Assembly: GCF_037042905.1 (NCBI RefSeq) | Contig: NC_087246.1 | Coordinates: 49,600,001 to 49,664,000, forward strand | Reading direction: 5' to 3' | From: Lytechinus pictus | Lineage: Eukaryota | Length of the DNA stretch: 64,000 nucleotides | Shown here: positions 1 through 12,400 of the stretch, one piece after another | How the letters are laid out: every line of letters starts with the position of its first letter | Position numbering within the stretch: the stretch's first letter is position 1 | The notes under the pieces: model-generated | Told to the model about the DNA's origin: nothing | What the model saw: only the letters and a program-made list of their open reading frames with translations | The model's database searches: none | Made by a program: the position numbers and the translations under genes

Positions 1-287
1 GTAACATTTATTCTTTGTTAATTTTCACTGAAGCTTCATTAATATGTTCCCTTTACTTTCTGGTTTTATGGAAACCGACAATATCAGGGTGAATGCCCCT
101 TTTACGTCTCTGTTATTATGTATTCAGGATGTTGGTTGGAAATCGTGGGCGTGTTACACAGACAGAATTGATAATGTGATTTGATTATAGCAGTACCTCG
201 ATTGAGGATCGAGACTTTGCATGTATTACCGAATATTACCACATGCATTTGAATATTTTTTCCCTCTTGTTTTTCTTCGGTCTCCAG

Positions 288-404
288 AAAGTAACACAGA
301 AGCTTATGTCTGAGTCAACAATTGAGTATCCTACTGATAGTGGTAAATTTAAGGAAAGCAAGACCATTAATGCGGAAATATTCTTACTGTTTGGTGGTGT
401 TGAG
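288..404 (+). CDS. TRPC4AP: TRPC4AP exon (KVTQK...IFLLFGGVE)
   Basis: tctccag acceptor, GAG|gtaagt donor, 117 nt, phase 0-0. Confidence 0.9.
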
Positions 405-3400
405 GTAAGTCTACAGCCAACCTAGTATAAGTTGACCTCTCTTTTAATATACATGTATGTGAGAATTTTCCTTTGTTTCTGAGCAATTCTTCAGACCACA
501 CGTTTGAAGCAGTACTTATCTTTATTGTGTAAAAAGTATAAGCCATTTTTCAGTTCAGCATATATGACCTTCATCCGAGACAAAATCTAAAATCTCATTG
601 TTTCATTCCACCAATCAAGGTAACCGTTGACCTTCTCCTTCAACCGCACTTCTACAAGAAAAAACAGAAGAAAAAGTTGGCAACAAGCAGTGAGAGCAAG
701 GAATCTAAAGCTGATGAGGAGAAACCCTCTACAAGTGACACACCAGAAACGTCTACCACAACCACTCCTGAAGCAGCAACATCAACAGAAACCACTCCAC
801 CAGCAGCAACAGATGATGCAGCATCAACAGCAACTGAAGCTGCTGCTGCAGCATCAACAACTGAAACTGAAGCAGAAGCAACAGAGATGGATGACCCTCC
901 GCCAGCTTCGTCAACAGCCACACCATCAACAGCCACATCATCGTCGGCTGCAGCATCGTCCACGGTAACGACATCAGCATCATCCACTCAGCAGGCATCA
1001 GGATCATTTCAGTTCCGCCTGGTCCGAGACAGTTACAGTGCTGGTAGTTCGGGTCACCCAGCATCACAAGGTACATTGAAATGACAGTGATTGTTGATGA
1101 TGTATCTTGAGAGTGGACATATAGATCTAGTTTACTGTGATTTGCCCATCATTGTTGACTATGTGAATGATTGTGATAATAATGTAGGTGATGATTGAGG
1201 ATGGTAAATAAGATATAAAATATAAGATAAGATATAGAAGGAGGGTGAAGGTCAAGTAGGTCAATATATCCTTAAAAAATTAAACAACTTGCCCTTATAA
1301 TAACGAAAGAAAAATTCAGGGGTTAGACTTCATAATCTTCTCATGTATGCATATGATGGACATTGCATTGTTTTATTTGGGTCACAAGGTCAAATGTGAA
1401 AGCAGTTATTACTCACTGTTACAGTCACTTGTAGATGCACTGGGTAAATAAGAATTTACCTTGATTTATATTGGTGATATGATTATTCAATTGAAATTTT
1501 GTCAACATTTTAGATGTGGGGTGTGTTATATATTTTGGTTTATTTTCAATTGGTCTAATGCCATTTCGTCCATTTACCAACTTATCTACTATCATTCGGT
1601 CTACCATCAGTTCGTCCACTATCCTATTGGTCTAACTGCCATTTCGTCCACTCACCATTTTATCTAATAACCTGTCGGGCCAATAGCCATTTAGTCCATA
1701 TACCATTTGGTCTAAATAGACAATGTTAAAATGAATGGAAATAAAATGGATATTAAACCAACTGGTTATGAGACAAAATTGTTATAGACGAACTGGTTAT
1801 GAGACAAAGTTATGATTCAACCAATCCAAATGGTTATTGGGCCAAATGGTTGTTTGACAAAATGTTAATGGACAGAATGGCATTAGACTAAATGAAGGTA
1901 GACCATGTGATGAGTGGACGAATTGGCAATATTACATACCATATTTTTTCAATATCTGTACATGTTAATTATCATTTATGTCATTGAATATAATTATTAT
2001 GACAATGAATTGTATTGTAAATGTTTGTTATAAATGTTTAAAAATTATTTGTATTATACTTTATGTTCTGTTGAAACTTAAACTGAATTTGATTTTGAAT
2101 TAGAATTCACCTATATTTCTGATTCAGCAATAGTTGGGTTATAAAGACTCCATTTATTTGAAGTATGCTATGATAATTTCATTATTGTCCTTCCTTTAGA
2201 TCCACAGAAAGTTCTGAGACATAAGATAGCTTACAATGCTATGGACCTTCTTCACTATATGTGTCAAAATGTAAGTCTGAATATGTTTTGTACATCATGA
2301 TTATTCTGTATATTACAGGTGTGTACCAAATTATTCTAGAGGACTTTTATAGCAACTTCCAAATGTGCTGGTAATCCGGGGTGGTATTCTGGAACAGTCA
2401 TAACTTTCTCATAAATTTTGTCATTTCTCTCCGAGATGTGACACCGCTATGATTGTCACAAATCGGTATTCTGATCATTGTCTTTTCCCTGTCATATCTC
2501 TCTAAGTTCCCGCCCATCTTTTCGGAAGCAAACCAATCAAAATCATTGTTAGTTCCCAGTGGGAGCCATTCTAGCCAATAGGAAGGCCCTGTGACAGGTA
2601 GGGCGTATCCCCAATACAGTTGTTGGCATCGCGCAACTACGCGAATATCGATGCGCTTAATTACAAAGAGAGACAGGGAGCTGTGAAGGATTTTTGAGGA
2701 GAAGTAGAAAAAGAAGGAAAACAGAGAAAAAAAGGAGGAATTAATATGTAGGGCCTAACTAATTGTAGCATGAAAATATGATATTGAAAATTGTCATGGA
2801 TGATGAGTGAAACTAATACCACAATCTAATCTAAATAATATGATATGCTTGACATTCAGTCGGCAGGGTATCAGGATATTTGGTACTAAAAGATATGACA
2901 AAATTTATGACTGCTACCCCCCTGTCATAACTTTTGCTTGTATAATAGGATTACGCGCTTTTAAAGCCGCGTATTTTTGGTGCGCGCTAAAGAGAAGAGA
3001 CAAAATTTATGACAATTTTTGTGACAAAAGTTATGACATCCACCAGAATACTTTGTCATATCTCTGAGAAAAGATAAAATATGGAGAAAAGACAATGTTC
3101 AGTATACTGCCCCTGGGTACAAAATTCTGAGCTTGGGGATTTCTTGCTAACTCAGTCGCACCCTGCTCTTTGGAGAGCAAATATAAATCTATACCAAAAA
3201 TAAAGTACTCTCATTTCATTTGATATTTTGCACCAGCTAATTTTAGTGTAACAAGACTCTCTGGCCAAAAGTCATAATTTTGTCTTTTGTTTAAGAATAC
3301 CATAAGTGTCTTTTCACTGCTAATCAATACATTTTATCAAAGAAAAAAAATGTTAAAGTGTTGGAAAGCTGGGGGACCATTTCATGAAAGTTGTCAGCAC

Positions 3401-6400
3401 TGACATATTGTCTTTCTCTGACAGTTACCATAGTAACAGTCAGAGGCATGTGCCTCTAAGCCAATGAAAACCAAGTATTTCACTGAAATTGTCAGCACTG
3501 ACAATTTAATCAGTGCTGACAACTGACCCCCCCCCCCCCCCCCCGATGTGAATGATGTAGCATGGCTCCTACAAAAAATTGTATGATTCTAATGTATATC
3601 TTATTGTTTTTTAAATAATTTCTAATATGATAATAATAGTGATAAGTTTTAACTGAAAAGATAAGTTTTAACTGAAAAGATTATTTATAAATAAATTGCA
3701 TACTAATTACCTGAATTAAAGCCTTTTTTATCCAAGTGCATGTATAAATTACAAGTACCTTGAAAACCGCTTACCTGTGCACCACATAATTTTTCTCATA
3801 AGAGGCAAGAGATTTGATACCTTGTAATAAAAAAAGTATATTTAGGATTCAGACTTTCATGTGAGAAGCATGGAGCAAGGGGCATGGGAGGCCTCTTGTG
3901 CTTGTGGATAGCACATGTAAGCTTATCTGTGGTGAATATCTACCAAACAGAAATAACCTGAACTGTTCTGTGGTTTTAGGGACATGTGAATGATGCAATG
4001 GAAAATTTGCAGAGTTAGCAAGTGAGAATACATGTACATGTAGGTCTTGATGAAGACTGCAATTTAGATTTGTTTGTGGTCAGTTAATATGTCCTGTCTA
4101 AACTAGCTGTGTTCATATACTGGACAGCAGAGCTTTATGACAATGTTTTGTACTTGTCAGACGTGATAAGACAAATTGCGTTGTAAAAGTTGTCATGCAT
4201 TTCGTGATCGCAATTAATGTTTTTATATGCCCCTCCTATGGGACGTATTATGGTATCATGCTCGGTGTCCGTCCGTTAACTTTTCCTTGTAAACGCCATA
4301 ACTTCAGTTTAAATTAACCTAAGCTCATATAATTTGGTGTGTATGATACTAGTATAGATCCCAGGAATTCTATTGATTTTGAGGTCAAAAGGTCAAAGGT
4401 GAAGTCGCCACCTACCACTTTTCTTGCTTGACCAATAACTCAATTTTACGTGTTACAGGCGGGCGTATTATGTGCTCACCTTAGCGACACTCTTGTTATG
4501 GTCTAACTGGCATTAGAAAATGTATGAAATTCCTTGCAAATTCAAATTGCAGATCTAGAAACTTGAATACTGTCTTTGTTCACTCAAAAGTGACAAACGA
4601 GAAGAAAATCAAAGAAAGGAACGGTTCCAAAGATTGGTATGACAGAAATCTTCCAGGATTTGGGGTGCAAGCTCCCTATCTTGTATGATGTTTTTCATTT
4701 CCCTCCAAATCAAGATATCAAATGGACCCATTTTGAAGTAATGGAGGCCAGAAATAGGGTTTAAAAAAATGAATTTGAGGGGCACTCAAGTAAAGGCATT
4801 TATTATAGAGGAAAGACTGTTGGGTTTTTTGGGCGGGGGGGGGGGGGTCTTAAAAAATCATTCATATTATATTTAAAACACGATATTGAATGTGTATGAA
4901 TTGTATGTTACATGGATAATGTTATTAATCAATCTTTTATACATGTCTTGTAGATGGGAACAGATATGGCCACGCCTCTCTCGGACCATGATGACCTCAT
5001 AGTCTATCTCTTCACCCTACTTACGGAGAAACAGTGTTTCCTCAAAGCTGCAACCCTCATAGAAGATATCCTCGGGGTCAGAACACAGATGTTTAAGCTG
5101 CAAGATATCCGTAAGTTATTATTGTCTATGTGTATAGTGAGATTAATTGTTCAATGATTGGAAAGAAAGAAGCTAACTGAAAAGGAGAAAATATATATGC
5201 TATTGATTTTGAAAACTTTAGTTCTGTCCTTGTAAACTTTAAAACATGCTTTATAAAGACACAATGCCCTGTAGAACAATAGGTTGTATACTTTATCTTA
5301 TTATTACTAAGTAGTTATCTCAAAAGTAATGTATAAAAAAGGGAACCTTATCTACAAGCATTCTGCTTCTAAGGTTTCCTCCACTTTTCCGTTTTTTTAT
5401 GTACTTAAACATGTATTAATATGTAGTGATTAAGAATGCTTGCTATTTATACTTATATAGTCTATGTGTGTAATGGTTGCTCAGCCTAGTTATGTCAGTT
5501 AAGTTATCAAAGTTTTGTAACATAACGGATTTGTGGAAATAAAACCTAAATGAAAAAAATGAAATGATCTTATTATTGACATAACGTGGGGACATTGAAG
5601 ATAGAAATATTCCCTTTGCATATTATCTTTGTTTTTTAGTCCATATATTGACTTGACTTGGAATAATTGCACTTCCATTTACATGACTAAAGGAGAATAG
5701 ATAATTAATGAGAGGGGTGTAAACCCATGAATTAGCACTGGAAGTTTGACTGTATTTTCATATCTCATTCGTTCTATTTTCACAGCTGAGCTTGAAGAAC
5801 TGGTCAAGAAGTTTGAGGAGGACCAGCTTGCCAACTTCTGCCGCGTCCTCTCCATCACCATCTCGGAGCTTGACCCCAAGGATGACCCTTGTACCTTGGC
5901 TGCCCAGGACAAGGCCTGCAGGAATCGCAGCGATACACCCATCTCGGAGGTCAACCAAAGTAAGCAATTCTTGCGTAAATGTTTTTGGTGGTGGAATGGC
6001 GTTAGTTATTATTAGTGACAAGCCCAAATATGTATGTTTATTGTTGTTCTATAGAGATGGATTGCAATGATGATGTTTAACAATATATTTTCTTGTCATT
6101 TGCTTGATTTTCGTGAATTATTAGCAAGTATTATATTATTCAAAGAATACCTGTTCCTATAGATCAAATGTTGGCAACTCTGATGTGATATTGTGAAGGT
6201 CATGTTTTAAGTTTATTTTAAGAATTTAATTATTTTAATGTTTTTTTTTTAATACAACAGAAACGGTAGTTGAGCTCCCTGGCTTTGTTCAGAAACTTGT
6301 CAAGATAGCATGCAAGTCAGTTGGTAAGTATGTATTGTCAAGTCAATTGATGGTCACTGTGTATCTCTTCAAGTGGTAATGAAAATGAGATGATTTTAAA

Positions 6401-9400
6401 TGCTTGCATTGCAATTATCATTTTCTAAACTGGTTTCTGCTTGATATTGTGATCTTAAAATTTGTGTGATATGACAAATTTGTATTCGTTATCAGGATTT
6501 GCCATTTGAAATACCGCCTTATATTGATATTGAGAAAAAAATGATTCCAATACTTTTATGACAGTGCACTTTGCAAATTGGGGATGCAAGGATAGACAAA
6601 GTGGGCAACTAGTTCCACATTTAACATAATGAGTGATTTAACAGCGACATATAATTTTGAAATGTTCTGAATGTCCTTTGAATTACTTTTCATTGCAGCC
6701 ATAATCATGAAGATAAATTCTCTCTACCTATAAATTGAAAATGAGATAAATAGGTTGCAGTTAGCCCACTGACCCCGATTTGATTTTAGTAGGATGCAGA
6801 TTTTCTAGAGACCCTACCCATTTTATCACCGCCCTGGGGCCTAATGGGTAAAGAATGAAGGATTATGCAATCAAATGACAGTATTTCAACAGAGCCAGTA
6901 TCAATGATGTTCATCATAGAATACCCTTGAGTGCTACATGGAATCATGGAGCACTATTTTGAATAAGACTAAATCAAGAAAAATAAAACACCCCCTCTTT
7001 TTACTCTCTTTTTATCTCTTCTCTCTGTATCTTTCACTCTCTCCTCTCTTTCTCTCTCCTCTCTTCATCTTTCCCTCTCTCTTTTTCTCTCTTCATCTTC
7101 CTTCGTCTTTCCCTCTCTCCCCTCTCTCATTCTCCCCCCTCTTTCCCCCTCTCTCCTCTCTCACTCTCTTTGGCTCATCCAATCGTTCACCCCTGCAGCA
7201 GAGCCCGATGGAGTCGCAGACATGGACACCCTCTTCTCTCAGATCGACAGCTGGGTGACCTGGCTGGACAGCTCCTTGGCCTTCGACGCCCTGGCCGAGG
7301 TCGCCAACGAGGACGAGGGCGTCTACCTCAACCTGCCCCTCCATGACCTGTCCTTGCCCCTCCCGGATTCCCTCAAGACCATGCATGAGGTTGTCTATAA
7401 GGTGGAGGTCCTTCATGTGCTTTGCCTGCTGCTTGGAGGAAAGCAGAGGCATAAGGTTGGTGGCCATCATTAATTTTCTATTTTAGAAAAAGTAAATGAA
7501 ACTTATGAAACTTAGCAAAATTGAGTTCTGGAGAAGCTTAATTATATTGTAAGATATATTTTTTCTAATTTCTTGGAATTTTCTATTAGTTTCTTATACT
7601 CGAAGTAAAATGCATTTATTTGTCATATACGTTGTCTATTGAGGAAAACGGATACATAAGTTTAGTCACCTTTTTAAGGTGTTGCTCTTTTGAAGTACAC
7701 AAACTAGACCTTTTTATATACACATAATTGCATGCTTAATCAGGATGTCATTTTGTTGTTGACCTATTTTTTACAATTAAACTCATTCAAACATCATCTA
7801 TCTATTTTTCGTACTTGACCATCTTGATAGGATTTCGTGAGTATGGGTAGTTGTGATTTTAGAAAATGCTACGTACCTCTACAATCCACAACCTCTGCCT
7901 CTCTTTAAAACAAAAAAGAGCAAGTTGATTGGTCATATTGATTGATGATGCATACACAAGTGAATATGTGACCAGCCACACCAAACCAACACTACATTGC
8001 CAGGGAAGGTTCTCTGTACATAACCAAAATAAGAATTTGGTCTTCACAAATCAAAAACTAGATAATCATCTCATCTGAGAGAGTAATGCTTCAACTTCAT
8101 ACTGTCAAAATGTCAAGTTGTGACAGTGAAGTCGATTAAAAAGCAAGATACAAGAGTTTCTTTGACACAAGTTTTTGTGGATTGCTTGTAAGTTTCATTG
8201 AGATTGCACAGTGTGCACATCTCATGCTTGAGTGAACCAGAACTCTAACATTGTTTTCTCCTTTTTTCTTGGAGCTTTTGCTGGGTTTCTTCTACATTCA
8301 ATCAAGAACTTATGCGGTTTATCATTGATCAATTTTGACAAGTTATATATCGGTTCAAATCTTAGGATGTGCTATTTCAAACTCAATAAAAATCTAAAAA
8401 TTTATTTGGGTGACTTACTGCTGGTTTTGAGGTGACTGGTTACATATTATCTTTTGAGTGCATCATGCTCAGACCAATTGCAAACTATGACCGGTTGATA
8501 TCACAAAGGATTCTGGCTTTCTGTAGTTGAGATTAAGTTAAATCCAGTCTGAACCTCTGAGATAAGCTTTACCTGATCACTGAATTAGACCATCCATTTG
8601 CCAACCAATCTGTGGTTTATCCTTTGCAGGTCCATGAGATCCTTGCCCAATACAAACTGATGCCTGGACTGAACAACCTGTTTGATAAGGTCATCTGGAG
8701 GTGCAATCTTCGAGCCCCTATCCACGGGGTCAACGAGAACTGCGACTGCAGTCCGGAGGTGGCCCTCAAGGTCCAGTTCCTCAGACTTCTGCACACCTAC
8801 TGTGATCATCATGAGTAAGTAAAATGGCAACCCTGGATTTCAGGAGGGATTTTGGTCGCTAACTTCAGCATATTTTAGAGATAAAAGATAAGGATTAGGA
8901 ATAAGGGTCTTGGTTTCCTTTCCACATAAAGTTCTAGGAGATGATTTTACAGTTAAGTGACACATCTATCAAGATAATTGCCCTTCTGTGTTCTGCACTA
9001 GGTTGTGCATTGGAGATGCATTTGTATCTTGTTCTCTCATTTTCTGCCACAGGTATTGCAGATGGGCGCTGATATGTATATAATCCAATTGTAAACTCTC
9101 ACCTCTTGTCATTGGTCAAAAAAAGGATGGGTCTTTATGGAAACATCATCCTAAGAAAGGCTATAAACTCCTCACTACCTCCTGGGTTTGTCTGGCAATG
9201 AATTACCTTTGTCAGTTTCAATTTTGTGAAAAAATTCTTTATTTTACAATGTGTCCACTTTATTGGATGAATTCCAGGAAAGTTTCATATTTTATATAAC
9301 ATTGAAATCACCTCCACTTTCTTTTATTGTATTAAGATATTTTTCTTTTCTCTTTGATTTTCTTCAACTGAGTTTCTTTAGGATGATTTAATAATGGACT

Positions 9401-12400
9401 TCTGTTATGCAGGATTTTCTAAGGTTTATTTTGTTTTTCATGACAGCAACAAGTACCTAATCATGACCCGGCATGAAATCAATGATCTGAATAGAATATC
9501 GACAAGTTCAAACATTCCCCAACTAGAAGCAGTCAAGAAGATTGACAGGTAAAGAGATAGTCTGTAACCTACTTAATCTTGTTCCCTTCTCCTCCTACCG
9601 TTTCAGCAGTTGATTTTTCAATCCAATGTAACAACAATTATGCAATGAGGCACTGGGATTTTAAAAAAGGTCCACCATATTGTTTTCAGAGATTACTCCT
9701 GATGATGATGATGATCCACAGCATTTATATTGCGCCATATATATGTTAGAAACATTCATAGGCGCAGGCTGAAATTCTTTAACATTTCTTTAGAGTTGAT
9801 ATTTTCGCAATGTTGTTTTCTGTATGAGAATCTGTTTCAGAATCTATAAGGGATGTTACTAGTGCTATTTATCTTTCTGTAAATTGAGATAAGAGTGAGC
9901 CAACAAGAGAAGCAGAAATGTTATACTTTATATTGATCGCCCGGAAGACTATTTAAATTAGGTTTCTCTTATGAATGGGCAGGGTTCCCAGCCAATCAGC
10001 TAAAATTATTTAACTTTTTTCCAGTCAGGGAATAATCAGGGAATTTGATTTTAAAAATACCTCAAATCAGGGAAAATTGCCCAAATGAGGGAATTTTGAT
10101 CAGCCAAAAGTCGAAAGCATGGTAGTCAGTCAGACTCTGTTATCAAAACAACATCCATTGAATGACTGGTTATGGTGGTACTAAGTAGTTTTACATTATT
10201 GTTTTTATACTGAAAATACATGTAATGCACTGCACCAACTTAGAAAACATGTGAAAATGGGAATGGGTTTAAATATTTATCTGAGAAATTTTGAACTTCA
10301 TCAGGGAAAAATCAGGGAATTTTGTTTTCTTGAAGAGCTGGGAACCCTGATGGGTGAATGGGTGATGGTCGTTATTAGGGCTGAAACTGTGAGAACAGGA
10401 AATACAAATAATAAAGATGAAAGAGGCTTGGAAAGTTTTAACAACTAGATTGGTTATTGGATATCACAAATGATATGAAATGAAAAGCGAGGGTTTTTTT
10501 TTTAGTCAAGGTTGAAGGTCATTAGAGGTCAACGAACATGATTTATTATCAAATGAATGTTTTTTCCCTCTCCTTTTGAAGATTATTATTCTTATATGTA
10601 CATGTAGTGGTTTTCAAAGTCAGCACTGATACCATATTGAATGGTGCCATTCAGGTAAAACCAGCCAGAGGCATTCCACTTCTGATAAGGAGGGGGGGGG
10701 GGGGGGGCGGCAAGATAACATGATTTTTTCCCCCTATTTAATAACAGGTACAGATATGTGTAAGATACTGTAGAGTTACATGCACATACCCTCTCTATGA
10801 GGGACCTTTCTTGTTTATTTTGATTGATAGTAAACTTGTTATAGAAACTATGCATTTGTTATTATTAACAAGTCTTTATGAAACAGCACCCATGAATTGC
10901 ATCATAAATCTCAAGCTGCCCTATGTAGGGAGTTACTTTATAGTGGTGGTGATGTATTACTTGATTGATAAGAAAGCATGAATGCTTGTAATCAGCAACC
11001 AGAAGACAGAAGGCTCTAAGGCCTCTCCGAGGGACGTGGCTTTGATAAGGATATATGCCTTACCATCGGGCTCTAACACACTTTATTGGGATCGAACCCG
11101 GGTCACAGGATTGCAAAACCGACTGAGCTATCGTGCCTCCTCACTCAGCTGTCATGCCTAATCTGTTAGCACAGACCCCGATTGACATTTTGATCTACAA
11201 GTGGGTTTTACACAAGACTAGCACATTCAAAACTTGCCATTTAAATCTGTGCTAAAACTGAGAAGATGAAGCGCACCCTGGGCGATAGGGCCTTCAGTAC
11301 ACAGGCCATTGGAGGCTGCTATTTCAGACCACTTAACTTTAGTGAAGGGTTTGCACAGCAGACTTGTCACGCCTGCTTGGTAATAGAGTACCGAAGTGAT
11401 GACGTCGCAAAAAACCTTTTTTTTGCATTTCAGTGTTATTTATACCATACCTCGGCAGTGCATGATGAAAAACACCCATTACCAAAATTTGGTGGGAATC
11501 GGTCCTGGGGGGGGGGGGGCTTAGATATGACCTCATGAATACATAATTAGCCCCATTAAAGTCAATGTATTATTAGCCTGGCTCCCAACATTTAGAACCA
11601 GGCCAGTAATACATTGATATCAGTGGGGCTAATTATGTATTCACGAGGTCATATCTAAGCCCCCCAAGGACCGATTCCCACCAAATTTGGGCTATGGAAA
11701 TATTTGTATCATGCTCTACAGAAATATGGTATAAAGGACGCTGACATGCAAAAAATGAAAAGTGATGTCACACTTTGGTACTCTATGATCAACCGATTTG
11801 TCTTCTTATCTCTAGGACATTACTCTGTCAAGGTCAGAAAGGTATCCTCACCAAGCTGGTTGAAGTGATGAAGAAAGAACCAAGAGATTCACCCTTCAGG
11901 TAAGATAAGAATATCCTTCCAGAAATCTTAAAGGACAGCAGTGTTGACACCTTGCAGAATCAGGTGGATATTTATCTGGTGAATTAAAGATTGCTAATCT
12001 TGCTCCTGCCTTATGGAAAGCACTTCCTTCCTTTTCAATGTTGATGATAAGTTTGCAGATTCATTCAAGGCTGTTCTTAAAACCTGTATGTTCCTTTCAT
12101 ATTACATCATATTACAAATGATTTCCCCTGCGCATTAGAAAAGTTTACTAGTTAGACAGTGTATGTAAAACACTGTTACTGTTATATTTGATGTAATCCA
12201 AGCATGCAGAAATAACTAAACCAATAAAGAGAAAACAAGTAGGTTTATTCCAAAGATGAATATTGATTGGAGACGAAGATATAATATATATATATATATA
12301 TATATACAGTTGTGCAAAATATAGCTGGTTATAATATGGGTACTCCCCAACAATGGCCATATATCAGCCCCTAAAAATGGATGGCGAGGGAAACCAAGCA

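Noticed and set aside
611-626. Recursive splice site at AAG|GTAACC
   Set aside because: Skipping this exon would shift the frame and remove conserved residues; nothing beyond the motif supports it.
627-1076. Q-rich, V/A-rich and L-rich ORFs overlapping 620-1070
   Set aside because: Alternative frames or strand of the low-complexity TRPC4AP exon.
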